Assembly: GCA_002633005.1 (NCBI GenBank)
Contig: NMRA01000103.1
Span: 303,589-339,275, forward strand
Direction: 5' to 3'
From: Phoronis australis
Lineage: Eukaryota; Animalia; Phoronida
DNA length: 35,687 nt
The notes under the pieces were generated by a model, which saw only the letters and a list, made by a program, of their open reading frames with translations, was not told the DNA's origin and ran no database searches. The position numbers and the translations under genes are program-made. Positions 12,275 to 22,600 of this stretch are shown piece after piece; within the stretch, counting starts at the first letter, position 1, and each line of letters begins with the position of its first letter.

Positions 12275-13483
12275 GTGAGTAATTCGGCTCTTATAAATCC
12301 AATGACATCGTGATCATCTCAATTTGTTAATAATTTAATTTGTGCATTAACATTGGCTTCTGTTATTTCTGCTGCTATATGACTTGAAAATAGACCATTG
12401 GTTCTTTGAAAAAACGCATAACTTTCGTATTAAATTGGTCTACGTCGGAAACATCCTCTGTGACTCGAGAGTTCGGGGTAGAGCTCAATGATAACGCTAG
12501 TATATACCTCCCTAGAAAAGTGAGATTTTGTGGGATATTGCCTCGTGTAGGTGTTTATGAGTGTACGAGATTTTGACTGTTTTTTCACCGCGAGACAGTA
12601 TTGATATCTCTCCCTAGGCCCCAAGGACAGTGGAGAGGCATTTCCCTCACCCAAAAAATTCTCTCAGAAGCGACGCAACGGCCGCGCTGGCACCTTTTTC
12701 CCTAGTTGAGCATGAGCCTGAACCTAGCAAAGTTGCGTCGTTAGATCATTGGTGTATCGCCTGTTAAAGAAGGGGAAGGTTTGGATGTCTTTAATATTTA
12801 CTGGCATAATTGGGCCCTTGTATACTAATATGAATAAGGCTTAATAAAGCAACGGTACACAACTGCTTATGGTCGCCCACCAGGGCAAAAGTTACCCACG
12901 CATCCAAGGCTTTACCGCAAACAGTTGGCGCTTCGCACCAATCACGTGGTTTGTCGCTTTATCGCTTCCGGAATAACTCAAACTTTGCATATCAATCCGG
13001 TAGTAATTTGCGTCACGCATTTTATCTGTGACTGAAACACGTTCACTAGTTGCATTTGTTGACTTTGAAATCAATAAATATCATACAAACCTCCAGATTT
13101 TGGCAATTCAGTCGGCAAAGTTCACAGCAAAATGTCGTGCCTGTGCTTCAATCCATGTAGCTCTTGGTGAGGGAATTATTCTGGATAACACAATATTTTG
13201 CAGATTTGTAATTTGCATTGTTCACAAATGGATGCACTATTTGTTGTGAGTGTATCACTTTAGGTGGCACTGTATGCGAACCGTGTCAAAGTCTACTTGG
13301 GAATTGAGCCAATTTGGCCAATTGCAACAGCGGACATGACACCAAGGTTCTGGAATTGCTCTAGGCGGCAGCATATCCTAATCATCTCTGTAAGCTGAAA
13401 GGTTTCCTGCAAATTACTCTAAACCTTGACTGTCAAAATTGTGTTTCTACCGACGGCCATTTTTACCTGTCTCGGATTGCTAT

Positions 13484-13720
13484 GCTGGAAGCTTTTCGAC
13501 GAATTATGCCTCACACTGATTAAACAAACCATAAGTCACATTGGTATAAGTACTTTTCGCACTTAGAGGGACTCCTTAAGACGTGATCGATATTCTTAAT
13601 TCTTTCCAACTTGAACGAATTCTCTCGTAATCAAGTCGAGCAGTCCATTGTTCAGTTGCCCAAATCAGCAACTGGCTGTTTTTGCACTGCTCGCGTCAGA
13701 GAATATGACGTTATATATCT
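13484..13720 (+). repeat. Diverged fragment of the same MITE family in RPS10 intron 1
   Basis: gctggaagcttttcgacgaattatgcctcacactgattaaac...ttccaacttgaacgaat...tcgagcagtcc aligns to 11135-11375. Confidence 0.8.
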
Positions 13721-13909
13721 ACTGGGGACTTGACGACTGGTCATGTCAGAATGAAACGCCATCTATCATTGCTGTATTAAGAGTACATTTGAATGGATGG
13801 AATACTAATGTTTTGTGTGGATTGCAGTAGGGAGTGTAAAATAACTTAACTTTAACCATGGTCATTAAATATCATTTGCATTTAAATGTCTCCACGTGTT
13901 TGCTACAGG

Positions 13910-14053
13910 ATGTTGATGCCTAAGAAGAATCGCATCATGATCTATGAACACCTGTTCAAAGAGGGCGTCATTGTGGCTAAACACGACTTTAACTGTCCCA
14001 AACACCCTGAGCTAGAGAGTGTACCCAATCTTCAAGTGATTAAAGCCCTCCAG
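13910..14053 (+). CDS. RPS10: RPS10 coding exon 1
   Basis: ctacag|gATG ... CTC CAG|gtaagc. Confidence 0.95.
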
Positions 14054-17000
14054 GTAAGCGTTCTCCTTCATCTCTGCTAAGGCAGTGGTTGTTATGTTCA
14101 CCTATTTCTAAGTATGGTAATTTTCCACAACTTCAGTGCACTCCTAATTTCGCGCACGTAAAGTTATTGGGAAAATGGCTGGAATTTCTTGCTTTCGCTG
14201 ATTCGCGCATGATCAGTTTTGCAGGCAAAGCCCTTTGGTTAATCCTGAGAATACACATGTTAACTGTGTGAATAAGATTTGAGCACTGTATATAGGCCTC
14301 TTCATTCCTCTATTCATATGTGATATCTCATGCTGTTGCCAACATGCTGTGAAAGGGGTTGTTGGCAACGTTTCGTTACTCCATTATTTCGCACTCTGAT
14401 CAACCACAAAGTCCTTATATTCAGTTTATTTTACACACCCTGTTTTGGAAAAATGTATTCATTGTGCGAAGCATATGAAGAATTTTCGTAGGTAATAATG
14501 TTATATTGCACATGTTTCACTCCTGGTTGCAAGCCTTGTATCCACAAATTGACTGTTGTCCAAAACGTGTGTCTGTTGGTTTCAGTCGCTGGAGTCCAAA
14601 GGTATGGTGAAGGAACAGTTTGCCTGGCGCCACCACTACTGGTACCTCACCAACGAGGGGATCCAGTACCTTCGGGACTACCTGCACCTGCCGCCGGAGA
14701 TCGTGCCGAGTACGCTCAAGAGGCAAACCAGAACTGAGCCGGCCAGGCCCAGATCATCACGTGAGTAGACATACTACTAGTCCATTTATTTATCTTTTCT
14801 AAACATTTGCTAAGTTAAGTTTCGAAATAAACTGGACGTTCGATAAATGTATCCATTTCCTTCGTTCTAGATTCAATTTCAGTGCTGGCTGGGTCCTGAC
14901 GGGTGTTGCCTAATGCACTTTGTTGAAGTGGCAACAACTTACTAACTACTCAAGGCCATTCACAAATAAGCAATCAGTGGCTATGTACTACGAAGTTGCA
15001 TTAAGTTCAGACTAGATTGCTACGTAGAGGCTCTTTATTTTGGTAAAAAGATCAAACTAAATTGACAAATAATTCAGAGAAGAATTTTTTAGTAGCTTGG
15101 CAGAGTTCTGTCCAGATAGCTATTTTACCTTAGCGTCAAGAGCATATCATGTGACTGGGGGGTGACAAAACCAAAACAATGCAGTATAAACACTCGTAGG
15201 TAGATTTGAATAAATGATGACAATCGTGGATNCCCCCCCCCACCAGTTTCGCATCTGTTTAGCTTGCATGGTGAAGCATTGTTTACCAGCAGGGGTACAC
15301 CTTTGTCATATTTTGGTATTTATTAAGAACACTAAGTTGTGAAGTATTGAACTCTTGACTGAGGCGCTGCTGGACAAGTGATCAAAGTTGGGCAAAGTTA
15401 AGGGCTTGGAATTTTCCTCGTTTAAGAGGATTTTCTCTGGTTTGGTTTCGATTTCCTCTCACATGATTTCCAATTTCCTCTTTTTTCATCTTTTTTATCA
15501 TAACTTTGACTTAACTCAAGCAAAAACGTTTATTTCAGTTAAATTTTACGACAAATATTTCTATCGCACAAGCCCATTTATTTGTGGAACAATTCATCAC
15601 CTGGAAATTGTACCTTTTTTGTCATTGGTCGTTCCAAGCCCTGAAAAGTTTATTCTGAAAAACTTATAGATATTGCACTTGTTTTGATTGTTCTGGCTCT
15701 GCTCATTACTGATACCTCTCCTGAAGTCAGTCATTCTTGGGTCATAAATTTCTGGGGCTTTCTGCTGCTTGGATAAGGAACAGATGCGGATGAGATTTTC
15801 ACATTTAATGAGATACTGGAGAGCTCAACAGTTTTCAAAGTAAGCTTGACAGAATTCTATCAAACTTCTTGCCGTAATGTTTTTGATAGTTTAGTTGAAC
15901 GTTTGTTACTATGAAAGTGTTTTTGTCGCACTTTGGTTGGAGTTAAGTGACATTGTTGCGTCTGGCTTTAGTTGAAAGGAAATGGATATCTATTCTTCAT
16001 TATTTGTAGAGTTGGATTGAGTTGGTCTGTAATTGAACGTCTCATCAAGATGTTCTGATGAGTTTATCAGTTCACGTCTTTGCGTTTGTTCAGATTTGAG
16101 TGAATTACTTAATGTTGCACGGCTGGTCATGGTGTTTTACCTTTCTTAATCAGGTCCTGATGGAGGCAGGCCAGCGCCCACTGGTGACCGGGCCGAGTAC
16201 CGACGAGCAGGACCACCAGGTGGAGATAAAAAGGCTGATACTGGCGCTGGTGCCAATACCGACTTTCAGTTTGTAAGTGTACTTACAAGTTGCAATTTGA
16301 GGGTTGCATTTGGTTTGCTTTGTTGTTATTTGTTGAATTGGGGAGCTTTACGGATGCTATGACTCCCCTCATCACTGACGATGGTTTCGTTGGTTTTGGT
16401 TCTGCCATTCAAGTTGTGTTGAAATTCTGTACAGTACTGTATGAAAACTGACTGGCGTTAAATGCACGAATTGTCTCGGGCTACGCCACCTCGGCAACTT
16501 TAGTACATCTGTGGAACATTCTGCTTAAATGATGCGTGGAATGCATTTGATTGGTGTTTCGCAAGTCAGATGCAGACTGCTAGGGATTCTCGCAAAATTG
16601 CGGCCACTCAATAAATTGGATTGAAGTATGGTTTAGAATTCAGTTTGGGTTCCATAAGCGAAGAATTCTCGCTGCAAAGTCCATGGTTAATGTCTTAGCT
16701 TTTTGCGTCCATGATTTCTGCCCTAGGGCGTGGAAATGCAAATGAATATGTAATATGCCTGCGATTTGTGATATACGCGGTTGTTGCAAAACTCTGTCAT
16801 GCTCTTGTTGACAGCGCAATAATTTTGTTATTAACATTCTTTACAATACTTACACTTCTAGGTCTAGTCTCAAGTTGATCCTTTCTCAGATTGTTGCTCA
16901 AGCTCGTGTGATAAGTTGGCATGTCGCAGCATGCCGTTTCATGTGACAAACATTTCCTTGAGCACTACCCGATTGCCAGTTGGTTTGTCGCAGTATGGTA

Positions 17001-17224
17001 TTTTATGTGACAAACATTTCCTTGTACACTACCCAACTGCCAGTTATTCTAGAGATCATCCCTCGTCTGAGTAAAGGGCAAATAGAGACCGATTTTATAG
17101 TGTTGAGTAGAGTCAATTTTGTTACAGCCAAATACAATATCCAAATATTCTTTTACAGAGGGGAGGCGCATCTGGCGGTGGCTTTGGACGAGGCCGTGGT
17201 GGTTTTGGTGTTCCGCCATCGTAA
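13910..17224 (+). CDS. RPS10: 40S ribosomal protein S10 (eS10), 167 aa; join(13910..14053,14586..14760,16154..16272,17159..17224)
   Basis: [26 protein letters not shown]...[57 protein letters not shown]...DRAEYRR...[23 protein letters not shown]; GT-AG introns with consistent phases (504 nt). Confidence 0.97.
14586..14760 (+). CDS. RPS10: RPS10 coding exon 2
   Basis: tttcag|TCG CTG GAG ... TCA C|gtgagt. Confidence 0.95.
16154..16272 (+). CDS. RPS10: RPS10 coding exon 3
   Basis: aatcag|GT CCT GAT ... [39 protein letters not shown]|gtaagt; missing from the ORF track. Confidence 0.92.
16914..17045 (+). repeat. Two-copy 64-bp tandem repeat in the last RPS10 intron
   Basis: tgtcgcag.atg...atgtgacaaacatttccttg..cactaccc...tgccagtt, period 64. 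Confidence 0.8.
17159..17224 (+). CDS. RPS10: RPS10 last coding exon
   Basis: tttacag|[21 protein letters not shown]. Confidence 0.92.
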   Translation, partial: RGGASGGGFGRGRGGFGVPPS

Positions 17225-17269
17225 ACAAATTGCTGGGTTATTTCTCGTGTACAGTAAAATAGAAAAAAG

Positions 17270-17275
17270 AATAAA
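17270..17275 (+). terminator. RPS10 polyadenylation signal
   Basis: AATAAA 45 nt after the stop, preceded by TGTA and followed by a T/GT-rich tract (~17301-17315). Confidence 0.7.
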
Positions 17276-19402
17276 AAATTGAAAACGACTTGAATTAATG
17301 CTTCAGTTGTTTATTGGCCAAACTTGGAAGGATAGATTGCACTTACTAGTTCATATGTGCTGGAATGACCCAGTACTGTACAAGCGTGTATATGGAACTG
17401 TGCGCCTTTATGTGCAACTACGTCTTCATCCAGAATTGACTGAATGTAAAACCAATCGACCAATGAGTAAAATAAAATAAAATAGCGAAGCTTATCCATT
17501 ATTAAGCCATGGTTGATGTACTGTATTCAATTCTCATGAAGTCCTGTACAAAAACACAAAAGCACTCGAACAAATGCTAATACCATACTCGTCTGGATTT
17601 CCACCCAGTGTGCTTAAAATAAGAAAATCATGGTGGGTTCTTTCTCTTGCCCAAAGTTGAAACTGAAAGTTCATTACCCAAATTAAGTCACCCTCATGTG
17701 TTGACATAATATGTGGACGCTCCCTATATGTAACACAGGGTACATGTTGTGCTTGAAGAATGCACTATTCTGAGTATAGACACACCACAATTCAGTGCCT
17801 GACTTCAGCTTGCTCCTCAACTGCTAATCATTCTAAGAAATCTGATACAACTTGCAAATATTTTTACAGCCAATGAAGTGGAACTTTATGAGATTCATCC
17901 TTAAAATTCCATATGGCACTCCAAAAACAAATAGTTTCTTTAGTTATACACCTATGTTGCCTAATTTTTAGCAGGTAGGTGTGAATTTCTATATTAAATT
18001 AATGCTAACAGCCTTAAAATAAATGATTTAAAAATTGATGCCGACATTTGACAATTATACAGGCTATAAGCAACTACACAGGAGATAAAAGATTACTGTT
18101 TCTAACCAATGGCATTGCATGTAAGATGAGCAATCGATTTATATAGAGAAAGAAAGTTGTAGAGTCCATATAAGAATAGGGTCATCCACAAATGGAGACC
18201 TACATAGCTACATTTCCATAATATGAAAATCTTAAAGCATATAAAAACAACATGCTAAAATTGTACAAAAATCACATTTTACACCACATTTTAATATGGC
18301 TGCACAAGTTGAGGTTGCTGTGCATCGAGACATTTTCATTTCACCACAAATGTTTTGCAGATTTTTCCAAACTTTCTTCAGAGGCACAACTATGGTGATA
18401 CTTGTTTAATTTACACATTTTTTTAATGATGAGCTGTTCTTGCAGTACACGATGTGTGCTATTTTTATAATTAGTTGTGTCGTGAGGATATTGCATTTCC
18501 GTATCAAAATGTGGTATAAAATATGTGCACTTCCAATCTATCACAGAATGAACTGGGATTGCATAGTCTCAAAACGTATATATGATTGTTGCCATGACGC
18601 ATGAAATAATTGTACACAAAATGCTTTCAATGAAAACTTGTTGTAATGAGCTGAAGTACACGTATGCATGTTACCACGAGACAGGATGTTGGCAACTACA
18701 GGGTTAGACTGAATCACAAGCTTAGGGGAAAACATCCCTCAGCCCTGGTTTTGACAATTTTCCTTGTAGGCTTTGAAGAAGCACAAAAATGATTGTAACC
18801 TGTTTTAAACAGGTCTGGAAAAGCTATTTTTTTCATCAGCTATAAGCAAAAGCGCTTGTTCTAACTTCAACAATAAACGAGTGAAAACAGCGAGATTCTT
18901 CGGTAAACAGAGAACAAGATCTCTCAACAAATGAACAGTAGCCCTAAAAAACCCCGCACACATCCAAGATCTGTTACAGTATTTCTTGGGGTAATTCTAC
19001 TGAAACTAGAAGAAGCTAGACAACTTCTACCAAGATTTCATCATTATTTCCTAAAATATTTGATCGTGTTTAAAATATTTAATACAAAATTTGACTACCT
19101 ACAGCACACCATACTCATCACGACAAAATGACACGTCATTCCACCTACACCGATCGTGAATTCCGTTTGCAGTTGCCCATTTGCACTCGGTCACAACAGG
19201 AAATCCGGGGGCATTTTGTCTGCCAGATCTTTTTGGATATTATGTTTTCAAAATGATTCCAAAACAATATTAACACATAATTTTTAAGCCATACAAAGCA
19301 CGGTTACATAGTTCCAAGAAGTAATCTAAGCAGCAGTGTGGAATTAGTTTATTAACCCCTCATCAGTGTACTCTACAGGGGGAGGGGCACGATGAAAGGT
19401 AC

Positions 19403-19612
19403 CTAATCCGTTTTCTTGTCACCACCTGATTGGTCACTTTGGACTATCTCCTTTTGCTTCTCGGTCTTCTTTAAGTAAGACTGAATGTAGAAGTTTGAGA
19501 AGAGAGCGATATGCGAAAGGATATATATCAGTAACGCGTAGCAGAATCCCACAGGGAAGCAGTTCTTGCGCATGACATACAGAGTTTTGAAGAACACCGA
19601 CCAGAACTGAAT
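19403..19612 (-). CDS. ELOVL-A last coding exon
   Basis: [10 protein letters not shown]...[13 protein letters not shown]...GGDKKTD*. Confidence 0.92.
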   Translation of the reverse strand: MQFWSVFFKTLYVMRKNCFPVGFCYALLIYILSHIALFSNFYIQSYLKKTEKQKEIVQSDQSGGDKKTD

Positions 19613-22600
19613 CTGAAATAAGGTGAAAAGATGGCATTCAAGTTTGTTGGAATTAGTACAAACGAGACAATGAATGAGCAATGAATTCTGAAACTGATTT
19701 GTGTACAGTAGTTTTTAAAAAATGGACAGCATCGAAATTTGTTGCATAAGTTTTGACGCACAAAGTATTATCCATTTACTTTCGACTAGAACTGGTCTCA
19801 ATTTAGGCAAGTTTTTGACAAAATATCGACAGATATAACTATGCACTTTGTCGAAATAACAGCAACCTGTTTTGCAAGTGTTATGCAGGCGATTGTGCGT
19901 GACTGATTGGTAGTCTGGCAGTTGATGATTTTGGACAGACACTACATGTATATTTGCATCTATGATAAACTGTACACCTGGCTACATGAAATATTACTAT
20001 TTAACAAGAATGAAGTCAACTCTAAAGATAGTTAAACATCTACTATTAGTCAATTCTTGGTAAATATTTGCCATTCAGTCGATAAGTACAGAAAAGAACG
20101 AAAACGCAATACTGGATTTCAGCTGAGCAACGCCACACCGATTATGTCATCAGCCAAATGCCACCACGGCATTAACTAGTGAAAATCTAGCGATGAGGAC
20201 ATAATATCACTCAGCTGAAATCTAAGTCTAGTATAATTATAGGTTTTAGTTCTTTTCTAAGTCTACTGTTAGTGCTACTTGTGAGGAATTATCTGTTCCA
20301 CAATCTTTTCTGAGCAGACGTTCTCTCACTCTCCAGACAAAGATTCATGGTGACACGGCGTAAAAAGTCTGCGTTTTATTTCAGAAAACACCTCTAGCTT
20401 CCTTGAAACGTAAATTTCTTGATGAAATACTCACAAGTTGTAGGGATGTCATGTACTTCTTCCACCAAAGATACTTGTGCATGGATGGACCAAATGAAGC
20501 TAGGCCGTAGTAGGAATACATTAACACATGGATCAAGCAGTTGATCATAGCTGAGAAGTAGGCTGAAAAGAGTAGGTGAAGAGTTAACACTAGGGTGCAG
20601 ACCATCGTAAGTGCTTAAACTGGGTTGTGCCCTGCTAACTGACAGCTCGACAAATTTATATCATTCACAGTGTCTCTCTAGCACAGTGACACCAGTATAT
20701 TGCAGTTACTCTGCTCAAAATTCTTCATAAAACTTGGGAATCCCCACCTTCCGTTTCATTTTGTAAAAAAACGACCTGCCAAGCAATTAATTACAACCTT
20801 GCCAGTTTGGTCCCATGATGCAAAGCACAGCTGCATACTCCTTACTTAGAAATGTGACATCTTGACCGGTTGACCCAAAGCTGAATGAAAATATGAAGTA
20901 TTAGTGATGTAAACGCATACGTTCTCATATCATTTAATGGGAGGAATTGAAATCTAATTGTTAACCACAATGTTTTATTTTGTGTACATTTTCAAAACAA
21001 TGGTTTAGTTCCTGGAAATTCCTGCTCACGTTACGAAAACTAAAAGCTAGTTTCAGCAAGAACTGTTTGAATGTCATGTGTCATTAAGATTTGGCATTCT
21101 ACACCACTTTATGTCAACAACACCAGATTCACTAACAGTGCAAGTTTTTAGGTGAATACATTGTCAATTTGCATAATTTATACAAATTAATGCCCCCATT
21201 ATTCAAAATTCATCTATTAGCTACTGTACCAGGCACCACAGATGAATTATCATGATGATGTTTGCACCTATATTCTTTTGGTCAATTAGTTTCATGAAAT
21301 AGGTTTGCATGTTGGTGCATGATAAATTTGCATAATTAATGCAAATTTACATATTGCTAATGTATATTAAGGGGCCATTATTCAAAATTCTACTAATTGT
21401 GCTTATAGCTGCTGTACCAAGCACCACAGGTGAACTATCGTGATATTTGAGCCTATGTTTCTGTGGTGGGTTACTAGGTTAATGAAATCAGTTTGCAAGT
21501 TTCATGATAAATTAGCATAATTTATGCAAATAAAGGCTGCTGTTATTAAAAATTCTGTTTTTGCTCGTAACTTTCTCAAGGGGCCGGGGCAGTTCATGTA
21601 GATTATTTTGATATTTTTACTAAATTTAATGTAATCTGTCATTACATCATAAATATAAATAATCTGTAATTTATTACACTCATTACAAATTCTAGTTTTG
21701 TCTGATACCCAGGATATATGTAATAGTTGACAAAAAGTGTGTAATTGCATAAACCCAGGACATAACCTTTCTAATGGAGACCATGCAGTCACAAGACGTA
21801 TCAAATGCTAATACAACACTCGGAACATGAGCACACTACAGTACAACGTACCCAAAATATTGTGCGGGGCAGAAAATTGACTCTGTAATTGTATCTACGT
21901 GAATTTTGAGGAGTCTGACCTTTGCAGCCACACCAAATCATCACTAGTAAGCAATAGGAGCGGGTTGGGCACCATGTGGAATGATAGATGATGAGATTGA
22001 TTTGTTTATGGCATCTTTCCATCCATAGTCCTCTGGATCTAGTGCTGGTGACATTCCACCACATGACTGACTGGTAATGGGTTCTGTTTATGTTTACATT
22101 CTCTGTGAATGCCTCTGCTGTTGGTGACAGTTTGGGGGCGGACATATATTTCTTGCCATTTCTCTTCCCCGTACCAGTAGTCTGGTTCCTGACATCTTAC
22201 TAATTCTCTTCATTCCATAACAGGCGCACGTACATTTAGTGGCCTGTTTCATGATATCAGAAAATGTGCATTAAAAGTACCAATGGCAGACAGGTCATGT
22301 CCAGCCTTCAATATTTTAACAATGGATCCCTTTCCAACTCCATAGTAGCATGCCACCGTGTTACACCCCTATAGTGCATGGGCAGCGAAGAGACCTTCGT
22401 TTACAATAACGCTACACGTTTCCACTGTTAACTTTATGTCTAGGACTGTACTACGCTTACGTAGGTAGGTAATTTCATGGTTGTGGTATTTGAAGCAGTT
22501 CCTTCATTTCACGTCTTGTTGCACAATAATGGAGCTGACTTCTTTGTGGGATGTCTCCAATGTCCTTGTACTATATTAAGGGATAAGGGTCTTCGTCAGT

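Noticed and set aside
12691-12780. Second TCT-like tract CCTTTTTCCC as the RPS10 start
   Set aside because: It would put a uORF in the leader and has only a weak donor (gtttgg). The 12242 site has a GTGAGT donor and yields GCCAAGATG.
15213-15365. AATGATGA as a C/D snoRNA C box
   Set aside because: The nearest CTGA is ~145 nt away, there is no terminal stem, and the interval contains an N and a poly-C run.
16033-16110. CTGATGAG resembling a hammerhead ribozyme core or C box
   Set aside because: No stem II followed by GAAA and no intronic D box; the motif is simply paired with the upstream CTCATCA.
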